Source: Lama guanicoe (lineage: Eukaryota). From it: 64,000 nt of DNA. A program made the position numbers and the translations under genes. This document shows, piece by piece, positions 53,071 to 64,000 of this stretch; the stretch's first letter is position 1; the number at the start of each line of letters is the position of its first letter. The stretch spans positions 744,001 to 808,000 of the forward strand of contig MU053652.1 of the NCBI GenBank assembly GCA_013239625.1. Reading direction: 5' to 3'. The notes under the pieces are model-generated. The model was not told the DNA's origin and searched no databases. It saw only the letters and a list, made by a program, of their open reading frames with translations.

Positions 53071-53922
53071 TGCGAGAGCCCATCCAGCTGCTAATCTTCC
53101 TTATGGATTCTACCATGCATGCCCCATCCTTGGGATTAGCTTCTCCCCTGGGTCCTAATTAGCTTCACTTTGCTGCAGTTCTGAATGGGAAACGTCTTTC
53201 CCACAGTCACTAACTAGGCTTCTAATTCAAACTAAAAATGATACAACGGAAGATGCAACACTACTACTCACCACACTGGAGATTTCTATTGTAACTCCCC
53301 ACTCACCAGAGAGCCCTGGGTTATGTACAGTGGGCCGGGCGAAGCCTGGGTTCATGGAATCCCTGGAACTCCACGAGTCAGACAGCTGGAACTAGGCTTA
53401 GTAACCTCTACCCACAGGCCTCAACCTGCTGGCGCACAACGACCAGTAGCTAAGCCCCAGGTTAGGATATATACCAACTCACTCAGAGCAGTATCAAAAC
53501 TCTGTTTCTTCTTTGTCCTCCCATTACATGTCAAAAGCCTTATATACAACAAACAATGAAAAATTATTAAATGAACAGTTAAAATTCAGCCTGTCTCCTA
53601 CTAGTCACTCGCTAAAACTCAGCACTCTGACTGGTCCTGACCTTCAAAATGGATCACTAGAAGTTTGGTTTAGTACAATACAGTTAGAAGTATGACACAG
53701 AGTGACTAAAACGTGTTTATTATACCTAACTTAATTTCTCACTTAAAATAAGTGGAGAAAGAGGCCAAAAAGGTGGGAACTTGACTGTGACCTGCAACTG
53801 AGTAGGCAAAATGAAAGAATTCCTATAAAGCAAAAAAATCTTTCAATAAAAAAGCTCAATTTGAGTCATAGATATGTCAGGAAAAATAAAACAAATTCTC
53901 AGCACCTTCATTTTTTTCTCAT

Positions 53923-54849
53923 GTCTCTTTCAATTTCATATGGCATTAAAAATGGCCATTAAAAATGACCACTAATGCCAAGAGTAGGACAGCCCGCCAG
54001 TACAAATCAAACAACTGATATACAAATCCATTCTATAGAATTATGCTCCAAAAAAGTAACTCAGCAGGAAAATTCAAATGGATAGAATGGCTGATGTCAA
54101 AAGACAGTGGTCTCCGTGTGCAATTAATTCAAGTCCTGGGAATTTTGCAGAAACAAATTTTTTACCATCATCCAATCTTGCCTTCATATTGCAAGTGGAA
54201 GCAAGTGTATCTGAACCACTACATTTTAAGGCCCTATTTTGCAAGGTCTTCATCTAGAATAGGAGTTGTCTAACTTCTTCCAACTAACTTATGCCACCTT
54301 ACCAAATCCATTTCCACGGAAACACAGAAAAGACAAACCACGTTATCGGATGTCTCCCACTCAATCTGCACACAACTAGGCTACAGCTGGGGCAGAGTCA
54401 ATGCAGTGGTTAACAGGCGTTTGAAGGAAAAGGCTTGAACAGATTAAGGCACTTGTCTTTAGGTTCTTAAAAATAGCTTGAGCCTCTTAATCTTTCCATG
54501 GAAGGAAACGCATCTGACCTAGGCAACAGCAGAAAAGTGACTCGTAACAATGAGGGAATAAAACTAGAAACCTCCCAGCCAACAGCAGCTGCAGGGCAAT
54601 TCAATTCAATGTTTACAGATGTTCATGAGAGGGAATCTGCCCAATTTTGATTTACTTTTTAAAACATACATTTCTTTAGACCTGCCCCCAAAATGGCCAT
54701 TTCCTTCTGGCTACTTTAATCAGTAATTAAAAAACACAGTTTTACTTCCAACACTTCAGTCTCTTTCAATTTCGTATGTTAATAAAAATGGCCATCAAAA
54801 ATGACCATGAATGCCAGAGCATGACAAGCCACCAGTACAAATCAAACAA
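53923..54849 (+). repeat. Dispersed direct repeat, two ~92-bp copies (53923-54014 and 54759-54849)
   Basis: Hand alignment gives 79 of 92 identical columns (12 mismatches, 1 gap). Confidence 0.92.
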
Positions 54850-56096
54850 ACGAAATGTAACATAACCTCCCGAATGCTGATCACAGATAGTCCTCGTTGG
54901 CCTGAAACAGCCATTTTAAACAAAGTGACACTGAAATGACCAAAATGATTTCATCCTCTTTGCAATGACTTCATGAGTCACCAGTCCATCCCAGCAGACC
55001 TAATCAGTCTTTCTGTTATTAAAATTAATTAGTCAAGTATTCAGTTTGGCCACAGGGGGGCTGGCAACACAAAAATGTGATGACTCAGGGCCGAAAAATT
55101 AAAAGCTCTTATTAAGAGACATGAAGATTACTAAGGACACATTAAGATCCTTTTATTTTAGATTTCATAAGTAACAAGGTCTCAACATGAAACATGAACC
55201 CCACAATACATTAGTTGCATCATTAGAAACTACAATGACTCATGCCCTCAATCCTTCTTTCAATTTATTGCCTTAGTACAAAGCAAGAATATTTCAGCTG
55301 TGCTTATCTGAAACTAATTGCAATTTTCCAGCTCTTTACACACTTGTGAAAACAGCTATGGCTCAAATAAAGCTAATGTTTTTCCTAGGTAAGAAAGAAC
55401 TCTATTTGTCAGGGGTAAGCCCTAGCTGCTGAAGCAATGAGACCTAATAAAAATGACAAGTCTGGAAATGTCAGATGAATGGGATTTAGAGAACCACGTG
55501 CACCAGAAGCACAAGGCTGCAATTTCGGAAGGCAGAGGAAGACCTAGGAAGGCAGAACTCAGGAGTCAGAGAAGCACTGTGAGCGTTTAATCCACAGGTC
55601 AGATGTGGGCCAGTGAAACTTCAGCTGTTGCCTTCTTATCATCAGAGTAGAAACCAACCCCTGGGCACGGGCAGCCCAGAGCAGGAAGGCAAAGTGGACA
55701 GAGAGAGTGAAAGCACAGAAGTTCAACTATATTTCTTCACAGTAAAAAAGGAAATGGGTAAATACAAATAGAGCCACCATTCCAACTAATGACGAATGCC
55801 CAAGGTATTTCAGTATTAAAGAGTCGAGAATGACATTTGAAACTGATAGAAATGAAACGTAAGTGATTTCTAGGGTTTCTGGCATGCTGTCCTATGCTGC
55901 ACAGGTGGTAGGCAAGTAGGGATAATGGCCTCTTAGAAATTCTTGAGGGAAAAGAGTGAGGAATTAACCAAGAGGTATAGGGAAATACTGGTTAAAGAAG
56001 ATATAGAGAAACTTAATCATCTATGATACAAAACTGGGTTTATATAATTTAACATATTTTCAAGGGTGATTTTTCATCTTATTTGTAAAGACAGAT

Positions 56097-56492
56097 GGTG
56101 TTGACTGGCTGCCCAAGGCCAGTCCAACCCCACTTCCCAAGACAGAACTAAAATGCCAAACACTTGCCTTTCTCAACTTCATTTGCATAGAAGAATGGTC
56201 ATGTGAGCAGACATAAGCCAAAGTGACCTGGAAAACCTTTTTTCCCCTAACAAGGGGACAAGTTAACACATCCCACGCCTCACCCTCCTGCCTCAAACAT
56301 GAAAGTAATGACTGTCATTGCAGCAGCCATCTTGTGCCCACCAGACAAAAGCCGACAGAATTGTACAGAATAAGCTCTGATTTCACTGAGTCATTGAACC
56401 AACTGCCTATCTTCAGACTTTTTTATGTAAATAAGAATAAACACCTGCTGTAACACCTTCCTGTTACAAGTGAACGCATTCAACTGACACAA
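56097..56492 (+). mobile_element. ERVL/MaLR solo LTR (LTR33/MLT1-like)
   Basis: cacttgcctttctcaacttcatttgca...ggtcatgtga...tgcagcagccatcttgtg...cttcagacttt...aataaa...ctgacaca. Confidence 0.7.
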
Positions 56493-57124
56493 GTGCCATT
56501 TGTTGTAACAAAAAACTAACTCCTGTGGAAGATGCAATCCCGTCATGTCCCTCCATGTAAACAGCGATCCCTGAGTGGTAGGATTAGAAGAAATCTTTAT
56601 TGATTTCCTTTACTCCCATGAGTTGTCTGAATTATTATTCTATGAAGCATTATTTGGTTAAGCACAAATTAGGAATAAAAATCCGTTTGATATTAATACA
56701 GCCATGTAAGATAGTTTCACACAAAAGAAAGACTGAAAAAGAAAAAAAATAGTCACACCGTGATTTGGGTCTCAGATTAAGAGGCCAATCCTCAGCTCAT
56801 AAACCTAGAAATTCAACATATTCCCAGCAAAAGAACGATGGAATGCATAAAGAAATATAACATCTTGATTCTAAATTTCATCTTAATGAATACCAGTCAA
56901 TAATATATCTTTTTTTTAAATGAGAAGGTACTTGTCCCATGGTTTTCGAAGGACAACAGCCCACAGCACTCAATCAGAACAGGCTGGGCGAGCAGCTACA
57001 CTGTCCTTTCTAGAGAGCCCGGAGCCAGACCCACATGCCTAAGGATCAGTGGGCGCCTAAGGGAGTATTAGCCTGCCACTAGTCACTGCACCTTTTCCGC
57101 CTGGTTCTGGTAGGGCGGGCTGTG

Positions 57125-57502
57125 TCTTCACATGACCTCATTCCCAGGACACAATGAAGGGCAGCTGACCCAAATTGAGATTTCTGGACCAGGGCCTGAA
57201 GGAGTGCACCCTTTCTGGGCAGACGAAAAACTCAGGAACAGTCTACAGTGTCTAGTCCATGGTAAGAAAGAGGAATGAAGCCAGTATGTAAAGACAAGAG
57301 GAAGTGAGAAATGAGGGGAATGAAAAAGAGAAAGAGAAAGAAAACCTGATGGCATGTGAGTCACTGGTCATAGCTGTTCCCAAGACTCAACCACATTTCC
57401 TGTTCGGTGGTTCTGAAAGAAGCCCACTCTCCTTAATTAGCCCCTTTTGCTTAAGCTCACTAAGCTGGCTCCCTTTCACCTGAAATCAAGAAGTCCTAAT
57501 TA
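57125..57502 (+). mobile_element. MaLR LTR (MLT1K/L-like)
   Basis: gcagctgacccaa...gaatgaagcca...cctgatggcat..gagtcactgg...ttttgcttaagct...aagaagtcctaat. Confidence 0.6.
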
Positions 57503-57524
57503 TGCATATGGGCCTGAGTAGAGA

Positions 57525-58055
57525 TTTCAAATCACTGGAGAAAGGACAGGATTGATCAATAAAAGGTGGGTGGGTCACTGATTTCACATCTGAAAAAATT
57601 AAGCTGCAATCCTATTTATTCTATTTCAGATTTACACAAAACTAAATTTCATATAGATCAGAGACCCTAGATATAATAAGGAAACATTGTATTACATAAA
57701 GACCTAGATATAATAAAGAAACATTTAACTGTGGAGTCTAGGAAAAAGTGTTCTTTTTTAAATATTGAGGTAGGGAAGGTTTATTTAAACAAATTAAAAA
57801 TCAAGAAGCTCTAAAGGAAAAAAAGACAACTGACATAAAATGTTAAATTCTTACATAATGATACTATCTATAAACAAGGTTTAAAAAAATGAGCAACACA
57901 CTGGAAGAAATTTATTTTGCCACACTTATTAAGAAAAGATGTATGTAATACATACAAATTAACAAGAAAAATAGAGACCACTATGGGAAAGTGGTCAAGG
58001 GATAAGAATAGGCAATTTGGAAAGAAAAAAATAGAAACACACACCAAATGCAAAC
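57525..58055 (+). mobile_element. Degraded L1 ORF2 fragment
   Basis: tcaataaaaggtgg...acaaaactaaatttcatatagatcagagacc...acactggaagaaattt...gggaaagtggtcaagggataagaataggcaattt. Confidence 0.7.
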
Positions 58056-58090
58056 CAATCTGGGGTAATTGGTTTAAGTGCTTAAAAATG

Positions 58091-58275
58091 AACTACTATA
58101 TATAATAGATAAAAAGCAAATTTCTTCTGTATAGCACAGGGAACTATATTCAATATCTTGTAGTAACCTATAATGAAAAATCATGAAAATGAATATATGT
58201 ATGTATATGTATGATGGAAACACTATGCTGTATACTAGAAATTAAACTATAACTGACTAAACTTCAATTTAAAAA
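58091..58275 (+). mobile_element. Camelid/cetartiodactyl L1 3' end
   Basis: ctgtatagcacagggaactatattcaatatcttgtagtaacctataatgaaaaa...tatgctgtatactagaaatt...aactgactaaacttcaat. Confidence 0.9.
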
Positions 58276-61114
58276 TCACAGATCTGATAAGCATTTTACA
58301 TGATTGCATATTATCATGTATGTCTCCCCTTTAGTCTAAAAATACTACAGAGGGCTAATGAAGTTGGCCATATATATGTAGGTACCCTGGGAGGTACCAT
58401 AGTGGAGCACACACTTTCCATCTTCTGCTCCTCCTGCTTCTCCTGGAGACAGTTGTCAGCAGCATTCCCCTACAGGCAACTGAAAGCTTACAGGATGATC
58501 TGAAGTATCAACAGTGTTAACTGTCAGATATCTTAAACAATCAGGATTCTGTTAAACGTAAGTTTATATCTCATTATCTCTTCAGTGAGCATAACCGCAG
58601 CCTATAGGAACTATCAGAAAGACATAACATATATACTAATCCCTTTAAAATTGAAAAAAGAAAGAAAGGAATAGAAATATAAAGACTATGTACAACATTT
58701 GTTTGTAACTGCCAAAATGACTGCTCTCCCATGGTGGGGGGGGGGCATTTTCCCCATTAAATCAATGGTCTGCCCACTCCTCTAAAACGCCTCAGGTATT
58801 TCATGAACTTAAAAGAGAGCATTAATCATACATTTAATTGAAGAAATTGATTATTATGAAGTTGTACCTAGAAAATGAATGCAAATTAAAATACACAGTA
58901 ACTTTTAATTTCAACTTCTATCTGAACTCTAAGAACCACAATTCTAATGCTGTTATTAGGTTTATAACAGATTCCAGGGCAAAAATGTTTTTACTAAAAA
59001 AAAAAAAAGGAAACAGAACCAAAATGCCAGCTAACATTTCCTTTCAGGAAGCATTTCACTGTGGGTGTTCTAACAGACATATTTCGGCTTTGATCAAGGA
59101 ATAAAAAGCAGATGAATTAAAAAACATATGACATAGGGCAGAAACAACGCATGAGGGGAAAACACTTATTTTAATTCCCCATGCATGTGCTCTGTTAAGT
59201 ACAATGAAGAATGAACTGTTGGATTTGGACAATCAGTGTCAGGAGAATTTTCCTTATATTCAGAGCTCCATAAAAATCATGCATGTTTTATGCACCACAC
59301 ACCTGTATCTCAACATCCTGACACGTACTAGAAGTATGTATCTAACCATTCTATTTACTCAAAATGAAATTCTAATTTTAAAAAAAGTTCATGAAAAATG
59401 GCAAGCTTTGATTTTAAAATCAAGTCATTCGCACTGGGCTCATGAAATCCCTAGACCATTTACAATATGCATATGGCATGCATCAGTTAACTGGCCAAGA
59501 ATCAACATGCAACCTAAGATTTTGGTGTTTGTTTCACTAGGGAAGGAGGAGAGGAGGCTGGGTGGTATTTAAGAGTGTGCTGAGTACAACATTCTAAGGA
59601 AGCCTCACTGAATAAAAGCTTTATTATTTACACTGAAGGGATGGGTATCTATGGTCTCCATGGTCAAACACGACAATTACCTGCTTTGGGCAAGTGCTCT
59701 CTTCTGCAGAGCTAGATGACCAGCACTGAGGTGAAACACACTTAGAAATTCCAAAGGGGGCCCACCCTCTACCCATCTAACTACATACTGTCTGACTTAA
59801 CTTCATTCACACTCACTCGCTCACTCACTGCTAAAACAAAGGGAAGAAGAAGGAAGTATTTAAGAAAGCCCTGGGTGGAGAACCATCCAGTCTGTGGGTA
59901 TCAGCAAGGCTTCCTTGCTGGCTAGGCTCCTTTCCTTTCCACTTCTACATCACTGGATTTCCCCAAGAGCGAGGCCAAGTCCCTACTCCTTTGCTCTTGA
60001 ATCAATCCACTCTTTCAGCATTTCATTCATCGTTTCCACCAATATCCACCCAAAAAATTCCATTAGTGCCTTATCTCCTTCGTGTACAGCCCTATAATTC
60101 TTCCTAAAGTGGCTAATTCCTAACATGATACCCTCTATGGGTCTCCAGCATCTAAGCAGAAACTCTCCTTTTACACACCGAAACTCGTCCTTACCGTGAT
60201 ACGTCTTACTTTGTTTAAAAAGCTGACATGATATATTCTATTAAATGTGAAGTTGGAACTTGATCTTTCTCTTTCTGGATAGCCTGGGAGTCGTGAATTT
60301 GGCAGTGACACAGGATTGAAGATGGAGGTGAACCACGAGGAACTGGTCACTAAAATTAAGCTCATCTTCCAACAGGAAAAAAGAGATGGAAAAAGCAGGG
60401 CAAGAAATCTCCTTTCAAACTAAGAAGAATTAACTCTAGATATGTATGGAAATTCCATTTAGGATAAGAATCAGCGACAGGGAACTGCCAGAAGGGACTA
60501 TTTGTACTGAAATACAAGCCATTAACTTGAGCCAAGCTAACAGCAAATGACTGTACTGGCAACTGCTGGCTGCAGATAATTAGTTTAGAACCTATTTTAA
60601 CATGAATATTTTATCATGCAGCACAAAACTCGTTATGGAGAAGAATTAGAGAGCCAGGACATCTGAAGGCTCTGGAGAGGTGATCTGTCAGGTCCCAATA
60701 AAGAGCCTTCTAAGAGAAAGCAGGTGTAGTGATTCAGCCAGACTGGATTTCATTAAAGTTACAACAATTCATTAGGAACATATCTGGCAACCAGTTAAAG
60801 AGCACAGGTACCAAGCTACACTGCAACAACTTTACTGTGGGCAACAACTGACAGGAAAAATGAAGCTAGCGAAAAACCATCTGAAGTGATTACAATTTGC
60901 CCAGTGATGTACACACCCCATTTCTATCAGAAACAACCTTATCTGGTCAATTCTGTCATAAAAGCATAACTACTTCATATACACAAAAGGCGAAAATCCT
61001 TAAAATTCTGAAAATTCAAAATTGCACTTTTCATGCTGTGGAAGAGTATGCCAAACTGGAATTTTTACTTTAAAAACAGCTGCACATTGAGTGTATGTTA
61101 TAATGGTTAATGAT

Positions 61115-61300
61115 CATTGTTTATTTGCGTTACCTCATTTAATTCTTAGAATCAACTATGAGGCGGATACTAGTATTGTCTGCAGTGTTTTGTAGATGAC
61201 AAAATAGCAAAGAGATGGCTCGAGTAAACATGTTTAAAATCATGCAGCTGAAGTAGCACGGCTGAAGTTTAAACCCAGGTAGTCTGATTCTAAACTCTTT
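61115..61300 (-). mobile_element. MIR SINE
   Basis: ctcatttaattctta..caactatgagg...tgtagatgacaaaat...tttaaacccaggtagtctgattctaaa. Confidence 0.75.
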
Positions 61301-63099
61301 CTCTCTTTATGTATCTCAAGTGGTTCTAAGGTTTCTGAATATAAACCTAGGTTCTCAGAGGGATAAGGTTATTAATGTATTTGAATTTTCTTTAACAAAA
61401 ATTAAAAAGAAGGGTACATAGGTATCACTCAAAAATTACTAAAGAAATAAATATAACTAAAAAAAAATTACAGATTATCTTTGATGATGAAACATGGAAT
61501 GTCTTACCTGAGAAAACAGAACAGCTAACATACTACCATGTTCTTAACCACCACATACTCAGTGACCAGCAAAGAAAAAAGGCATTTTAATTATTGCTAG
61601 TTTTACAATCTGTGTACATGCCTCAGTCTATACACAGAATGGCCAAGTCTAGCACAGTCCCTTAGGCTGATGGGGACTCAATAAATATTTGTTCATTATA
61701 ATTGAGATAAATAACAACATGCCCAGGCCATGCTGTGTTATAGGAATTAATCCACACCCAAGGGATATTATAGGCTAGATTCAATTTTTCCAATAACTTC
61801 TAATCCACTGGTTTCCCAAATATTTTTTCATCCACAGCAGCCTTGGAGGTTTCTATATATTTCATGACATACTGCTCTGCCTAAGGGGAATTAGAAGATT
61901 AGGAACCTTATGATTGTTAATACATTTTTTGATTCCACACACATACACTGCCTGTAAGTTACAAGGCACAGGATTTTAAAAAATTAGTAAGATGTGACTC
62001 CTGCCCAACAGTGTCTCACAACTGAGTTGGAGAAAGAAATACATAAATATACAATATATATAAAAACTGTAATACAATGTGATAATTGTTCATGTATAAG
62101 GAGCTAATGGAACAGAAAAGAGAAGACATTAAACTCTGAGAGGTCAGGTGGCACTCTGTTGATAAAAAGTGACATGCACGATGCTAGCCTGTAGCGTGAC
62201 GGTCAGGCCAAGGAAAAGAGCACATTCAAGTACAGTAATGAAGAGGAAATACAATGGCCACAAAACCTAAAACCTGAAATGGGCCCTGTGATTGGAATTC
62301 TGATTCATGGTAATTTTGTTAAAGTCAATTTGGTTGCACGTTTTGAAGCATGGATGAGGCAGGTCAGTGTAGATCCTGCCCCAGCACCTGGTGAAGGCTG
62401 CAGAAGCAATGAAATTCTCTCCCAGAGATCGATTTACTTTGAAATTGACAAAAAGTCTATCATTTCTATTTTTGGTGTAGAAAGCTTAGGAATTTAGAAC
62501 CAAAACATCTTTTTCATGACTCTTGTTACTCAAACCTTTTAACAATACAGACTTCCAGAGAATAGGCCAGGGCTGCATACCTCCAGATTTACCACTTAAC
62601 ATGGGAGGAAGTATGACTTCAGAAAAGCTGACAAAGAGAAACCTAAATTTACATAAGAGATAAACTGAAATTTTTCAATATACAAAATGAATTTTTACTT
62701 TCAAGACATCTAACGTCTATTCCTCTAAACAATATATTTTCTAAAGAACTGACATTGTAAGATTTATTTAAAATGTATATATTATATAAAAAAGGAATAT
62801 TTATTGCTCTACCCACAATCCACTTATTAGGTAAAGAAAAATTTAAGCACCAAAGAAGAGACCTAAGTGTGGACAGGAGGCTCTGGTGGGTGACATGCTA
62901 CATGAGAGAGAAAAACCTGCCACAACTTTGAACTTTCCAACAGCAAAATCAAACCTGGGATCACCTCTCACCATGCTGGAACAAGAGAAAATCAAATTGG
63001 GTTATACTACCTCCCCCCGCTGCCATCCCTTATTTCTGGTTCCCATTATCCATGCCATTTCTAGAAAAGAAAACTTGGGGCTGGTAAAAAGGTAGGGGT

Positions 63100-63510
63100 A
63101 ATAATTAAAGGTAGAAAATCATATTTAAGATGCGCCTTGAAAGAGATCAGACTTTTACTGAGTAGATACAAGTCGTGTTTAAAAGGGAGGAAGGGACTCT
63201 AGGTAGAAGTAACAGCACTTAAAAGGCACACAGGTGCCAGGCAGGGAGTCTGAAGAACAGCAAGTAATTTAGGGAATGGACCGGCAAGGCAGAAACGTAA
63301 GGGAAAATAAAGCTGGCAGAGCAGACAGGTAGCACTGGAAAGAAGTCTTGAAAAGGAAAGTAACATATTTGGAATATTATTTCAGGACTAGTCAACACAT
63401 TCTATAAAAGCCAGAGATAGGGAATTTATTTAGTAGGAGATTAGACAGAATCTCAATGTGAGGTAGGAAAAGGCTTGAATTAACTGGGACAATGGGAATG
63501 AAAACAATAA
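63100..63510 (-). mobile_element. L2 fragment
   Basis: Purine-rich ggagggaagggactctaggtagaagtaacagc..aaaggcac...tctgaagaacagcaagtaa. Confidence 0.55.
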
Positions 63511-63574
63511 ATTACAGATACACTGTAATAGAATAGTACCTTTTACGTCCATTCCACACTTCATAAAAACTTTA

Positions 63575-63770
63575 TCTTCATTATCTTATGTGATTCTCAT
63601 AACAATCCTGTAAAGTAAGTAGGATATAAAATGCTGTCTCTGTTTTATCAATGAAGAACCAATGCCTGAGATACTGTAACTTGCCAAATGTTACCTACCC
63701 ACTAGTATTTACTAATGGTAAGGGGAGTATTAGAGCTCAGCGCATGTTAACCTGATGCTCCTTCAACTCT
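63575..63770 (-). mobile_element. MIR SINE
   Basis: gattctcataacaatcctgtaaagtaagta...taacttgccaaatgttac. Confidence 0.7.
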
Positions 63771-64000
63771 ACAAAAAGCAAATAGGTCAGACATGAGGAA
63801 GGGTAAGTTTTGCTCTGATATCTCAAACACATTTTATTCAAATATTTAATAAACATTTTTAAAGAGACGGGTAAATACAACCCATTAATGCTAAGATGTG
63901 CCTCAATTTCAGAAACATTTAAATGAGAAAAGCTTGATTTTTTATTATCAAGAAAATTGGGTATTTAGGGCTTTGCACCAGACACAGTGCCAGGTGCTAT

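Larger units (their letters stand above)
6163..64000 (-). other. EXOC4: Upstream EXOC4 intron (probably intron 9), extends beyond the window
   Basis: No other EXOC4-like peptide (for example the preceding ...ELYSRSGELQ exon) was recognised. EXOC4 is known to have very long introns around this exon. Confidence 0.85.

Noticed and set aside
53900..54014. H/ACA snoRNA interpretation of the duplicated unit (ANANNA after the hairpin)
   Set aside because: No second hairpin and no ACA box shared by both copies.
55373..55395. ctaatgtttttcctag|gtaaga recursive-site-like motif
   Set aside because: It is on the plus strand, antisense to EXOC4. It serves as a background control showing such motifs can arise by chance.
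57662..57725. Duplicated agacc(c)tagatataataa(g/a)gaaacatt
   Set aside because: Local duplication within a decayed L1 with no sign of function.
272..63095. All ORF-track ORFs (60-142 aa)
   Set aside because: Short, low-complexity or repeat-derived, with no recognisable domains. This is the expected background in intronic DNA.
1..64000. CRISPR arrays, operons, rRNA or other prokaryote-type systems
   Set aside because: No regularly spaced repeats or gene-dense segment. The sequence is a mammalian intron throughout.

Overview
Mammalian genomic DNA, AT-rich and CpG-depleted. It is most likely camelid, because it carries four tRNA-Ala-derived Vic-1-type SINEs and I recognised no Alu, Bov-tA or PRE SINEs. 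The window lies inside the very large exocyst gene EXOC4 (SEC8), transcribed on the minus strand. Only one coding exon is present: 6066-6162, 97 nt, encoding (G)[31 protein letters not shown](R), which I recall as human exon 10. Everything else is intron, filled with ancient L2, MIR, L1, CR1, hAT, Tigger and MaLR fossils, lineage-specific SINE and L1 insertions, and a short 5'-truncated RPS2 retrocopy. None of the ORF-track entries is a credible gene. I cannot support a new biological system here. The best leads are two sense-strand AG|GTAAG recursive-splice-site candidates, a dispersed ~92-bp duplication inside an AP-1/YY1 motif cluster, a paired-palindrome/double-octamer element, a MER53 (miR-1302-type) hairpin nested in MER5A, and the sense-oriented RPS2 retrocopy with an intact poly(A) signal. 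Repeat family names come from remembered consensus sequences and their boundaries are approximate.
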